Notes under the pieces: model-generated | Databases searched by the model: none | Told to the model about the DNA's origin: nothing | What the model saw: only the letters and a program-made list of their open reading frames with translations | From: Eledone cirrhosa | Taxonomy: Eukaryota | NCBI GenBank assembly: GCA_964016885.1 | Contig: OZ024742.1 | Location: forward strand, 18,104,001-18,168,000 | Reading direction: 5' to 3' | DNA: 64,000 nucleotides | Translations under genes and position numbers: made by a program | Part shown: one piece after another, positions 12,721 through 25,230 of the stretch | Layout: the number at the start of each line of letters is the position of its first letter | How positions within the stretch are numbered: position 1 is the first letter of the stretch

Positions 12721-13258
12721 AACATTAATCCAGAGAAAAATGTCATTTGCAATCACATTTAAGGTCACTCTTTAAGATATAGAAGATAGGCATTACATTT
12801 TAATGATTTTAATTTAAAGAGAATCACACTATACAATGCAACACAATAACACACCACACCACACTAACCTACACGACACCAAACCAGATTATACCATACC
12901 TTGGTAAATTTATGATAGGTTTCCATGTTATAACTACACCAAACTAAACCATACCAAACTACACCAAACCAAACCACACCATAACAAACTACACCATACT
13001 ACATCACACCATGCTATTGAACTCAGTGTGAAACATTTTCTTCTTGCTTTTTTTGTGTGTGTGCTTACCACCCAATCTTACATTAAAAGTGTTCGCAATT
13101 AACTATTTTTTGCACGTATTATCAATGAAGACTTTGAAACCTGTTGAAAATGACTAGCTTTGTAGAAAAAAGAGGGCGGAAAGTGGGTGGAAATACCATT
13201 CACAAAGCTTGTCATTTTTGATTGCAGTGAAAGTCATATTTGTTGTTAATATGGTAAT

Positions 13259-13594
13259 GGAGGCACATGGCTTAGTGGTTAGAGCATTGGCCTTGCAATC
13301 GAAAGGTTGTGAGTTCAATTCTCAGACCAGGTGGTGTGTTGTTTCCTTGAGCAAGACACTTTATTTCACATTGCTCCAGTTTACTCAGCTGTAGAAATGA
13401 GATGATAGGGACTGGGGTCCCTATCATTCTACTGCAAAGTGGTCGTGTAGGTGCCACGGCAAAAACCACCCAGCACTCACTGTAAATGAGGTTGGTGTTA
13501 GGAAGGGCATCCAGCTGTAGAAATCAAGCCAGAATCAGTTCCCGTCCCACCCTTGCAAGCAGCGAAAAGTGGACGTAAAATGATGAGGATGATG
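13259..13594 (+). mobile_element. tRNA-derived SINE with CORE-like middle and RTE-derived tail
   Basis: A-box 'tggcttagtggttagagc', B-box-like 'gagttcaattct', middle 'ccttgagcaagacactttatttcac', (GAT)n tail; possible TSD atggtaa at 13251 and 13592. Confidence 0.85.
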
Positions 13595-14249
13595 GTAAAA
13601 GCATAGTCGGCTGTGAGCATGTTGGAGGTTGGAAAACCATACCACATTAAACTACATCAAACTACACGATACCAAACTACAACATACTACATCACACCAT
13701 GCTATTAATCTCAGTGAGAACATTTTTCTTCCTGTTTTTATTTTTTCTGTGTGTGTGTGTGCTTACCACCCAATCTGATATCAAAGGTGCTCACAAATGA
13801 CTATTTTTTTACACATTATCAATGTATATAACATGGAAACCTATCATTTGCAATAGGTTCCCATGTCATAACTACAACAATCCAAACCACACCATAACAA
13901 ACTACACCATTCTATATCACACCATGCTTTTGATCTCAGTGTGAAAAATTTTCTTCCTGTTTCTTTTTTTTGTGTGTGTGCTTACCACCCAATCCGACAT
14001 CAAAGGTGCTGCAATTGACTATTTTTCGCACATATTATCAATAATTATGACATGGAAAACTGTCGAAAATGACTAGCTTTGTAGAAAAAAGAGGGCGGAA
14101 ATACCATTTAAAAAGCTAGTCATTTTTTATTGCAGCAGAAATCATATTTTTTGTTAATATTCTAAAACCATAGTCTACTGCGAGCATCTTGGAAGTTGTA
14201 TTAGTTGATAGCACATGCAAAAGTGAAGGAAAACATGTTTTTCTTATAT

Positions 14250-14401
14250 AAGTCAAAGTGGAAATTTAATTCCTTACTTATAATAAAGCACACCACACCA
14301 CATTAATTTACCCCAAACCACACTATGGTGTGGTTTGGGGTAGATTAATGTGGTGTAGTGTGCTTTATTATAAGTAAAGAATTAAATTTCCACTTTGATT
14401 T
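14250..14401. repeat. Near-perfect palindrome (~74-bp arms, 4-nt loop)
   Basis: '..ccccaaaccacac-tatg-gtgtggtttgggg..' extends to tcaaagtggaaatttaatt / aattaaatttccactttga. Confidence 0.9.
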
Positions 14402-15503
14402 AACAGCACCATATTATGGTAAATTTATTACAGAACACCTACTCCTATCATTTACATCACACCATGGTATGGACATCAATGTGACAAATTTGCTACCTGC
14501 TTTTTTTTTTTTTGTGGTTACCACGCAAATTAACATCAAAGGTGCTTGCAAATGACTATTTTCCCACATTATCAATGAATATGACATGGGAATCTATCGT
14601 TCAGAATTGGTTTCCATTTCATAACTTCACCAAACAAGACCACACCATACCAGGTTACACCATACTACATCACACCTAGCTATTGATCTTAGTGTGAAAA
14701 ATTTTCTTCCCGTTTCCATTTTTTTTCGTGTGTGCTTACCACCCAATCTGACATTAAAGGTTCAAATTACTATTTTATGCACATATTATCAATGGTTATG
14801 ACATGAAACCTGATGAAAATGACTAGCTTTGTAGAAAAAAGAGGGAGGATGTGGTGGAAATACAAAGCTAGCCATTTTTTATTGCAGTGGAAGTCATATT
14901 TTTTGTTAATATGCTAAAAGCATAGTCCACTGCGAGCTTCTTGGAAGTTGATAGCACATGCATAAAGGAAGGAACATTTTTTTTTCTAATGTAAATGAAA
15001 GTGGAAATTTAAATCCTCACTTATGACAAAGCACACCACAGCACATTAATCTACCCCAATCCAGACCATATACTTCACCATAACCATACTTCACTATATG
15101 GTAAATTTATTACAGAACACCTACTCCTACCATTTACATCACACCAATGCTTGCAGTTGACTATTTTTTTCACATATTATGAATGAATATAACTTTGAAA
15201 CCTATCGTCAATGATTAGCTTTGTAGAAAAATGAAGGCAGAAAGTGGGTGGAAAAACTATTCACAACTATTCATTTTTAATTGCAGTGGAAATCATATTT
15301 GTTGTTAATATGCTAAAAAAATAGTCAATTGCAAGTATTTTGGAGGTCGGATTAGTTGATAGGACATAAAAAAACAAAGGAAAACAAATATTGTCTATAT
15401 GTTCCTGTGGAAAGTCGGGTCTTCTGTATTACTGTGTGATGCCAGAGAGGTCATGGTCGTGTGTCATTGCCCTTGAGAGGTGCAATTGGGAAAGGTTGGC
15501 TTA

Positions 15504-16072
15504 GAAATATTTACTTCTGTGTTCACAGATTGATTTTTTTAGTTTCAGAAGATCCTATTAAGGGTGAAAGCAGCCGATTCTTTGCTTAAACTTTAATCTG
15601 TTATTTTAAGAAATATTTGCTCTACGGTTCTTATATATTTGATATATATTTATCCTTATCGAGCCCTCTTTGGATGTTAGTCTTCAAATTTATTATTATT
15701 ACTATTTGGCTCCCTTGATTGAGTACTCTATTAACTTATATTCATCATGCAGAAACAACATCTGAATATTTCTACAAAGAACATACCCGTACCAAGCAGG
15801 AAGAAATACCTAAAACTACGTCTCCACGAACCAAAGTATCGTCTTCCTGTCTTCCTTCGGTTGCAACGTTTTTCGAAATATTTACTTCTGCGTTCACAGA
15901 TTGATTTTTTTTTTTTTAGTTTCAGAAGATCCCATTAAGGGTGAAAGCAGCCGATTCTTTGCTTAAACTTTAATCTGTTATTTTAATAAATATTTGCACT
16001 ACGGTTCTTATATAATTGATATATATTTATCCCTATCGAGCCCTCTTTGGATTTTAGTCTTCATATGTATTA

Positions 16073-16078
<6 letters not shown>
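15504..16078 (+). repeat. ~200-bp direct repeat pair (15504-15700 and 15875-16078), possibly tandem Penelope pLTRs
   Basis: 'gaaatatttacttctg.gttcacagattgattttt..agtttcagaagatcc.attaagggtgaaagcagccgattc..tagtcttca' occurs twice. Confidence 0.75.
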
Positions 16079-16115
<37 letters not shown>

Positions 16116-16121
<6 letters not shown>

Positions 16122-16483
16122 ATTAAATAAATGGAAAACTATATTTATAAAACCATATTTATTTCATTATATATATTTCGGGGATATCATATTAACAATA
16201 TGCTATGCCTTCATCAGACAAAATACAATATAAACAGTTTTATAGATAAATATATTCGACATACCGTAATAAACATCAACTTCATTTGAAGAGGTTTACG
16301 CTAGCAGTTTCAAATGAAGTTGATGTTTATTACGGTATGTCGAATATATTTATCTATAAAACTGTTTATATTGTATTTTGTCTGATGAAGGCATAGCATA
16401 TTGTTAATATGATATCCCCGAAATATATATAATGAAATAAATATGGTTTTATAAATATAGTTTTCCATTTATTTAATATTGTA
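16116..16483. repeat. Apparently perfect 175-bp inverted repeat with an 18-bp spacer, containing a hammerhead-like motif
   Basis: Arms 16116-16290 and 16309-16483; CTGATGA at 16382 and CGAAA at 16419. Confidence 0.9.
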
Positions 16484-16567
16484 AATATACTCCAAATATT
16501 TGTCGAGTGCTTTTATATCAGTTATAAATATTTACTAGTTGTAACCCAACAATTTTAAATATAACTT

Positions 16568-16616
<49 letters not shown>

Positions 16617-16640
16617 TGTGTATATATTAGTTTATATATA

Positions 16641-16682
<42 letters not shown>

Positions 16683-16692
16683 CATACATATT

Positions 16693-17062
16693 GAGAGCAT
16701 TGGCCTTGCAATCGAAAGGTTGTGATGTGAGTTCAATTCTCACACCGGGTGATGTGTTGTTTCCTTGAGCAAGACACTTTATTTCACATTGCTCCAGTTT
16801 ACTCAGCTGTAGAAATGAGATGATAGGACTGGAGTCCCTATCATTCCACTGCAAAGTGGTCGTGGCGGTGCCACGGCAAAAAAGCACCCAGCCCACACTG
16901 TAAAGTGGATGTGGAGGTGCCACGGGAAAAAAGCACCCAGCACTCACTGTAAATGAGGTTGGTGTTAGGAAGGGCATCCAGCTGTAGAAATCAAGCCAGA
17001 ATCAGTTCCCGTCCCACCCTTGCAAGCAGGGAAAAAGTGGATGTAAAATGAAATGATGATGA
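16693..17062 (+). mobile_element. tRNA-derived SINE (same family as 13259), slightly 5'-truncated
   Basis: Near-identical to 13283-13594 with one extra internal repeat unit. Confidence 0.85.
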
Positions 17063-17064
17063 AT

Positions 17065-17372
17065 GCTCCCAGCTGTGGTCACCCCATAGTATCAAACTAA
17101 CCATGGAGCTTGAAGCAATCCAATGAAGCTACAGCAAGAAGGTTGCCACGATGAAGGAGATAAACTACTGGGAGAGTCTAAAAGAACTGAAACTCTACTC
17201 TTCGGAATGAAGACGGGAGAGATATGCAATGATATACATATGGAAAATCCTGGTGGGGACTAAGACCAAACTTTCGCATCGAGAGCTGGACCAATTCTCG
17301 AACAGGACGTCACTGTGTGGTACCAAAGGTCCCGTCTTCCACATCTAAAATTAGGAGCAGCTATTGCAAAAT
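17065..17372 (+). mobile_element. CR1/L2-like LINE fragment
   Basis: Homologous to the reverse complement of ~20550-20845 (ctcccagctgtggtcacccc..; aaagaactgaaactctactct..). Confidence 0.75.
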
Positions 17373-17431
17373 TTAAATTTGTGTTTCCTATTCATCAATG
17401 CTTCAAGCAAGCTATAAAACTCTGTTATATT

Positions 17432-17813
17432 TCATCATCATCATTTTATGTCAGTTCTTCTATGCTAGCATGGGTTGTCCTGTTGTGGGCAGTGTCCGGT
17501 CGGCTGACCTTGTCTTGCTCATACGGTAACTGATTCTGTCTTGATTTCTACAGCTGGATGCCCTTCCTAACACCAACCTCATTTACAGTGAGTGCTGGGT
17601 GTTTTTTTTTTTTTTGCCGTGGCAGCTCCACGACCACTTTGCAGTGGATTGATAGGGACCCCAGTCCTATCATCTCATTTCTACAGTTGAGTAAACTGGA
17701 GCAATGTGAAATAAAGTGTCTTGCTCAAAGAAACAACACATCACCCGGTCCGAGAATTAAACTCACAATCTTTCAATTGCAAGCCCAATGCTCTAACCAC
17801 TGAGCCATGTGCC
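17432..17813 (-). mobile_element. tRNA-derived SINE (same family), inverted
   Basis: Reverse complement of the SINE head 'ggcacatggctcagtggttagagcattgg'; (CAT)n at the left end. Confidence 0.85.
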
Positions 17814-17829
17814 TTCTATTGTTGGCAAT

Positions 17830-18800
17830 GTTAGGTCAGGTGACCCTATCTTGCTCATAAAGAACTGATTTTGGCTTGGTTTCTACAGCTGGATGCCCTT
17901 CCTAATGCCAAGCTCATTTACAGTGAGTACTGGGTGTTTTTTGTCGTGATTCCTCCACGACTACTTTACAGTGTGGACTGGGTGTTTTTTACCGTGTCAC
18001 CATCACGACCACTTTACAGTGTTTCAGCCTGTTCTCATGAAAGATATATTGGCGGGTGGGATGGAGTGGTGCATACTTTATGTATGTTTCAGCCTTGGCC
18101 TGGGCCCGTGGGAAGTTGGGGTTTCTGTATTACCTCATAACGCCAGAGATCTTGGTCCTGTGTCATTGCCTTTCAGAGGTGCAATTGGGCAAGATCGGCT
18201 TTTATCACTTCATCTCAACTCTTTCTGGGACTTTATGTAGCTGTCATCCTTCATTCGAATCACATGTCCATACCAACATAATCTCCTCTCCTGCACACAA
18301 CATTTGATTCCTCTTATGCCTAGTTTCTCTTTCAGTTTGTTTATGCTTTGCTGTTCGCGTATATTACTATTACACATCCATCGGAGCATACAAGCTTCAT
18401 TCCTTTCTAATCTACGCAAGTCTTCTACACACAGCGCCCAGCTCTGACTACCATGCAACATTGCCGTTCATATGCACACATCATACAGTCTACCTTTTAT
18501 TCTGAGGGAAAAGCCTTTTGTATTTAGCTGTGGCAGTAGCTCCCTCAACTTCTTCCATCCCATTCTTTCAGAACACCCCCCCCCCTCCGCTGCTAATTCG
18601 GTATTGTTTTTACCAAGTCCTCCCAGACTTTGATGTCACTTGTTTTCAGTGATTGTCCTGCTTACTGTCCTGGTGCAACTGCTACACGTAAAGCCTACAT
18701 TCTTAACTAAACTTCCTGAGATCCCACTACATCTCTTGTGTACCCATAGTTTGCATATGGGGCAGAGGATGGAGTTTCTACCTACACCTCTCCTACATAA
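17830..18800 (-). mobile_element. RTE-clade LINE 3' fragment (same family as 53533-56636)
   Basis: ORFs 'MLHGSQSWALCVEDLRRLERNEACMLRWMC..RRLCWYGHVIR' and 'CRRGVGRNSILCPICKLWVHKRCSG'. Confidence 0.85.
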
Positions 18801-19074
18801 TGAGCACACACACACATATATATATATACACACACTCACATATATATATATACTATCCGAATTACCAGCGTCCTGCTGCGTTTCACACATTTTTTTTGTA
18901 AGAAAATGATGATTGATTTTAAATCAGTGATATAATTTATGGAGAAAAACTCAATATTACTCAATGTAAAATATAATGCATGAAAAATTGGAAAACATCA
19001 TTTTTTGTAATATATCAAATCAAAATTGCATTATTAAATCTTATTCTTATTTTGTTTCTTGTAAATAATTTTTT

Positions 19075-19850
19075 TCAAAATATCAATTGAAAACTTTTGT
19101 GAATAGGCATATCTTGTCATTTACCTATGGTTTAAGTTTCATATAAATCGAAAGGGAAAAGTTTTCAGTGGGGGTTTGTACCCCCGGGGAACCCTAATAG
19201 GGAGTTTAACCACCATTAAGGTGTCTTATAGTATTGAAATTTTGTGAATAGGTATCATATTTCTTCATTTATCTATGGTTTAAATAGCATATAAATCGAA
19301 CCGAAAAAATTTTCAGCGGGGATTTTGTGCCCCCTGGTGAACCCTAATAGGGGGTTTAACCCCCATTAGGTTATCGTAATTTTATTGAAATTTGCTGAAA
19401 TCATGTGAATAGGCATCATATCTTGTCCTTTACCTATGGTTTAAATTGCATATAAATCGAAGGGAAAACATTTTCAGCAGGAGTTTGTGCCACCGGTGAA
19501 CCCTAATAGGGGGTTTAACCCCCATTAGGGTATTTTAATTTTATTGAAATTTGCTTAAATTTTGTGAATAGGCATCATATCTTGTCATTTACCTATGGTT
19601 TAAATTTCATATAAATCGAAGGTAAAGTTTCAGTGGTGGTTTTGTGCCCCCGATGAACCCTTTGATTAAAATGAAATATACTTATACAAGTACCCTGGGT
19701 AATGTAGTTTCAGAATATATATGGTTATGGGGGTCTATCTCCAAAACCATAGGAGGAGTTCGTAAAATCTTGTTCCATTTATTGGCCAAACTTTTCACTA
19801 TAGGGCGTTTAACCCCCATTAGGGTGTCTTAATATTATTGAAATTTGCAC
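19075..19850. repeat. Minisatellite with ~140-160 bp unit, ~4-5 degenerate copies
   Basis: Recurrent 'gtgaataggcatcatatcttgtcatttacctatggtttaa..catataaatcgaa..gaaccctaatagggg..tttaacccccattagg' at ~19100, 19245, 19405 and 19563, with a partial copy at ~19800. Confidence 0.8.
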
Positions 19851-19887
19851 ACAAACACACATCACACACACATATATATATACACAA

Positions 19888-19946
<59 letters not shown>

Positions 19947-20327
19947 AACACACACACATATATATATACACACACATACACAAACACACACACACATATT
20001 CATATCTTTTAGCAGAGCATTTTAATATTGCTACTCAATGAAAACCCTTTGTTTGCTTGGAATAAATGAATCTTGAAAATTAGGAGTACCTGTCAGTGTG
20101 TATGTTTGTCTACTTAGCATGAATTTACTACCCTCCCCTACCACCAGAAAATGTATAAATACCACCATATTACATTGACAGTCGGCTTTTCTGATGATTT
20201 CCTCCGAATGAAACAGTTCTAGTCCTGTTGAAGCCATTTCTATATTAAATATATATATATACTCTTTTAGCTGTTCCAGCCATCCGGCTGAGACCATGAT
20301 TGGGCACTGCCCTTGTTGCTACACATT

Positions 20328-20900
20328 CTATCTCCAGCCTGTGTTGGCTGGCCATTGATGTAAGAGGGAGTTTGTTGCTGCTGCCCTTAGGTTACCTTCG
20401 TACCGTGATGTGGGCTCATCCGGGATCCTGGATAACAGGGTGTTGAGAAGTTTCTTGAAAATATCCACGGCCACACCATGTAGATCTCTCAAATCCCTCG
20501 GCAGTTTGTTGAAGAGTTGAGGGCCTTTGAACCCAAGTCTATTGCAATATCTGCTTCTTGTTCTAGATGTGGAAGACGGGACCTTTGTCACCACACAGTG
20601 ACGTCCTGTTCGGGGGTTGGTCCCGCTCTCAATACCAAAGTTTGGCGCTAGTCCCTCCAGGATTTTCCATATGTATATCACTGTGTATCTCTCCCGTCTT
20701 TGTTCCAAAGAGTAGAGTTTCAGTTCTTTTAGCCTCTCCCGGTAGCTCATCTCCTTCATCGTGCAATCCTCTTGGTGTAGTTTCGTTGGATTGTCTCAAG
20801 TTCCGTGGTTAGTTTGATACTATGGGGTGACCACAGCTGGGAGCAATAGTTCAGGCGGCTTAGGACAAATGGCCTTCATAGTATCAACATGGTCTCCGGT
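20328..20900 (-). mobile_element. CR1/L2-like LINE, ORF2 C-terminus fragment
   Basis: 'SYRERLKELKLYSLEQRRERYTVIYIWKIL..GPQLFNKLPRDLR..FKKLLNTLLSRIPDEP' is typical of CR1/L2-group RT C-termini. Confidence 0.85.
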
Positions 20901-21051
20901 CTCTTATATAGAAAACCTCAAATAAAAAGTCAAGATCTGTTTCGATTTAACAGAGCAGAAAGAATTCGCATCAGAATATTCCAACCAATCTAGCCTATAT
21001 CAGCTGAATAAATATGTATATGGAGATATATATATACACACCCACATGCAC

Positions 21052-21086
<35 letters not shown>

Positions 21087-21143
21087 CACGCACACACACA
21101 CATATATATACACACACACACACATACATACACGCATGCATGC

Positions 21144-21735
21144 ATACATGATGGCTGCCCCCTCGTTATCGAGTATGGCCATTGCACGATATACCATTAT
21201 TAATAATTATTAATTAATTCTATCGTGCAATGCCTGTGCATGAAGATATTTTTTTAAATGAGGAAAGACTGTGGACTGAGCAAATCCCACTCTCTGAGCG
21301 ACAGTAGCTATAACCCGAAAAGAAGAAAATATCAACATCATCGGTAACTACTGAGCCGCAGGTTTTATATCGGAGTTATCCCAGTTTCCTGAGTTGCCTT
21401 CTCCTAGAAGAATGCCCTGACAAAGGCTAGGGGTCCTTCACTCCCAGTGGTTTAACCGCGCGATCGGGTGTCCAGCCCGATTATTTCTATGTCCCCGCGC
21501 ATGTACATACACATGCACCCATGTATATACACATATACATATACATACATATTTACACACTTTGGGATGGGCGTTGACTCTTTGTCAGGTTTTGTTTTTT
21601 GTCCTGCAGGGTGTCCAAAATCACCCTCCTCACCAAGTAAACTTGGTGGGGTTGCCGGTTTAGTCGCCGACGACTCGACCATGCGACAGGTTGTACTGGG
21701 TTACATGTTACCAATAGCACTCAAGAGTGACCTGA
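21144..21735 (-). mobile_element. Probable non-autonomous RTE-related element
   Basis: Its left end 'catacatgatggctg..gagtatggccattgc' resembles the 3' end of the adjacent RTE ('tacatgatggctg..aagtattgccatcgc'); non-coding. Confidence 0.35.
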
Positions 21736-24212
21736 CATACATACATACATAATACATGATGGCTGAAAACTTGTGTTCAAGTATTGCCATCGCCCGATAA
21801 AATGTTCAAAAATGTGAAGCACAAATGTGACTCTTTAAACCAGCCAAATACTTGCATCCTCTTGCACACACATGGCAACTTTAGGCTCCCCCGAAACCTT
21901 CCATTGCTTTGTTCTGGCTGTATGTTCACATGTATCTTTTAAGACCTCCCATGCTTGTACATTTCTTACACCTTTTCAGATCATAATCTACATGAGGTCT
22001 ACTGATATGACTTTGTTCATGTCTAATCAAACCAGCTTTGCTCAGGCTGACTCGACCACAGTGCTGGCAAACCAGATGATGTTCAACAGCAGGCAATTCA
22101 GAACAGTCTCAATCCTCACCTTCCTTTTCAGTGTTAGGTGTTCTCTCCAACGAGTTTCAAAGTGTTCACCACCTGACTTGATCAAACGTCTCCACTTCAC
22201 ACGCTCGTCAGCCATTTTCTCCCATTCGCCAGCACAAGCCAAGGTGCCCCTGATACAGTCCCGGTACCGCCTTTTTGGTTTATGTGGTGGTCGCCTTCCT
22301 TCACACAGTTCTCCATAGAGAAGTTGCTTTGGAATACGATCATCAGACATCCGGACCACGTGACTGCACCACCTCAACCGATACCGAAAGATTATGCTCT
22401 CTATAGTCACGCACCTGCTCCGTTCTAGAACTTCCAAATCACTGGCGAACATTTTCCACCACACCCCAAATAACTTATGAAGAGATTGTTGGTGAAATCT
22501 CTCCAGATCCTTGAGGTGCTTTCTGTATGTGACCCACGTTTCACAAACATAAAGTAAAGAGGAGACGACACAAGTCAGATACACTTTCACCTTGGTTTCG
22601 ATAGTGATACCTCGTCTGGACCATAAACATTGATGCAGCCGTCCAAAAGCATCACTGGCTTTCTTGATTCTTAAGGATATTTCATTATCATGTGTGCATG
22701 AAGTGTTCACCGTACTACCAAGGTAAACAAACTTGTCAGCAACTTTTAGCCTCTTTCCTTACACGTACACACTTGGTGCAGTGTACTCGTTTCCAGGTAC
22801 TGGCTGATACATCACAACAGTATTTTCCAAGCTTATTGTGATGCCCAAAGTGCTGCAAGCTGCAGAAAAAGAGTTCATAATATGCTGCATGTCACTTTGA
22901 GAGTGTGCAAAAAGATCGCAGTCGTCTGCATACAAAAACTCTCGGATTATAGATGTTAATACCTTTGTGCTTGTACCAAAGCGCCTGGTGTTGAACAACC
23001 TTCCTGAAGTGCGATACCTGATGTAAACCCCATGAGAACAATATTTGAATGCCATGAGAAACACTATCGTAAAATATAAGGAAAACAGAGTTGGAGTCGG
23101 AATGTCCCTCTGCTTCACTCCATTTTCAACTGATATTGGTTCAGAGATGCTACCACCAATACTGACCAAAGCCTTCATGTCATCATGGAAAAGATGCAGA
23201 ATCGTCTACCCTACCTTGGATTTTTTTCCCACAACGCAGTTCGATTGACAGTGTCAAAGGCCTTTGTCAAGTCAACAAAGACCTGGTAAAGGTCCATACA
23301 TTGTTCGATACACCTTTCTTGCAGCAGCCGAGCAGAAACGATCATATCCACTGTTCCTCTTTCGTTTCTGAACCCACACTGCGACTCAGGCAACACATTC
23401 AGAGCAACTCTTGGGATCAATCTATCCATCAATATTCGACACGACTTTACCAACTACTGAAAGAAGGGATATGACATGATAATTGCCACATTTGTCCTTG
23501 CCGTCCTTTCCTTTATGGAGAATCACCATGAGCGCATCCTTCTTGTGGGACATTCTCATCTTCCCACACCATTTTCATGAGGTCAGTCAGGCACTGCGTG
23601 AAGTTTTCAAAACCGCTCCACTCAGACCATCCATACCAGGAGGCTTACCACAGTTCAGCTTATGCACAACAGAAGTCCCCTCTGCAAGAGAAGATACATT
23701 AGCCATCTCATATGCTTCACTGGTTCAATAGGAATGGAACAAATGAAATCATCAACAACCTGGGATGGCTGGTTTAAGAGCTCATCAAAGTGATCTCTCT
23801 ATCTGTCGAGTGTCTTTTGGGTCGCGCAGTAATTGCTTGCCATCTTTCGATCTCAAAGGGGCCACTGGAGAGCTGAAAGGGCCATACACCTCTGTGAGTA
23901 GAAAGTGCGGCAGTTTCACATTGTTGCCGTCAGATGCCACTTGAACATCATCTGCTTTGTTGCTCCACCAGGTATTTTGCATAGCCCTGAGTTTCACCTG
24001 CACTTCCTTCTTTACCTGTCTGTAACGCTCATAATTGTCACCAACAGAGCTACCACCTTTAAGAACTGCATCAAGTGCCTTTTGTTTTCTGTATAGCAGA
24101 GCCTTGACCTCCTGGTCATTCTCATCAAACCAGTCCTTGTTTTCTTGTGACAATGCCAAAGACCTCTGCTGAAGCTTCATAGACCGAGCTCCTGAAGTCC
24201 TTCCAGTTGTTC
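21736..24212 (-). mobile_element. RTE (BovB-like) LINE, 5'-truncated and frameshifted
   Basis: 'LPESQCGFRNERGTVDMI..FVDLTKAFDTVNR', 'GVKQ..PTLFSLY', 'YADDC', 'RIPKQLLYGEL..PKRRYRDCI', 'KDWFDEND'; (CATA)n tail at ~21737. Confidence 0.92.
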
Positions 24213-25059
24213 TCATACATGCATACATACTTACATATATACATGTATACATACATGCATACATCCATACATACATACATCCATCCATACATACACATAT
24301 ACACACATCCATACGTGTATACATACATACATACAATGGTTAAAGTGTTTTACTGACGACCATAAGTTCATGGGTTCATATTTGGGACCGGGTAGTTATT
24401 GAATCAACCTGATATCAATGTTTATTATACAGCACACTTCCTCTTTGCTATAATATGACACATAGTAATATCTAACATAGTACCCATCTAATCTGTTATA
24501 ATATGATTTACCTTTCCTCTGTGAAGACACAGGCTTAGGGGTTACGGTACTGGACTAACCAATAAATAGTCATGGGCTCGTTTCTTCGATCCTGCAGCAT
24601 GTTGCGTCCTTCAGTAAAATACTTTAGTTTGTGTAGCATCTACTACCAGGACTTGGGGCAGACAGATAATATCAGTAATTGAAAAAACCTTGTTTCATTA
24701 GTATGACCTGGAAATCAGTTCCACTCTATTTATCTTCTTTATTAAAGGCAATCAAATTATTTTTTATTTTATTCTTTTTCTTATTTTTCCATGCTTGTTA
24801 AATAAATTCCAAAAAATCAAACTAAATTGAAATTTTGTAATAAAATTTCCATAAAAGTTAATGTTTACAATAGAATAAAATGTAATAAAATGTATTGAAG
24901 TCGACGAAATGTGGACCTTCATTTTTGAAAGATGGATAATGCTATAAGCAGGCCTTACAATATTGTACCACAATTTTCCTTTGTGCAAAAGTGGGCAGCC
25001 GAATTTAGGAAAGGATAGGGGATTCTTGAAGATGACCCAATGTCTAGACGTCCTACAAC

Positions 25060-25195
25060 TGCCACTACCGAGGAAAACATTGATCTCAGTACTGCAACAC
25101 CGATGGAAGAAGTGTGTGGAACGCAAGGGAGACTATGTTGAAAAATAAACCTCATTTGGTCACATTCCATGAGAGTATCTTTGTCAACCCTCGTA
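25060..25195 (+). mobile_element. Mariner transposon 3' remnant
   Basis: Transposase C-terminus 'LQHRWKKCVERKGDYVEK*' followed by the terminal 'caaccctcg|TA', a mariner-type TACGAGGG end. Confidence 0.8.
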
Positions 25196-25230
25196 TCTAT
25201 GCGCAATATACGTAAAGATACAGAATTGCG

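Larger units (their letters stand above)
12900..15375 (+). repeat. Degenerate tandemly reiterated module family, related to the arms of the 6061-7030 fold-back
   Basis: Recurrent blocks 'caccatgctattgatctcagtgtgaaaa', 'gtgcttaccacccaatct', 'gactagctttgtagaaaaaagaggg' and 'ttagttgatagcacatg' at ~13010, 13695, 13920, 14670 and 15210. Confidence 0.8.

Noticed and set aside
13259-13330. tRNA gene
   Set aside because: A/B boxes continue into a SINE body and tail found three times in the window; no complete cloverleaf is evident.
24330-24640. Additional old tRNA-derived SINE heads
   Set aside because: Only faint A/B-box resemblance; too degenerate to delimit.
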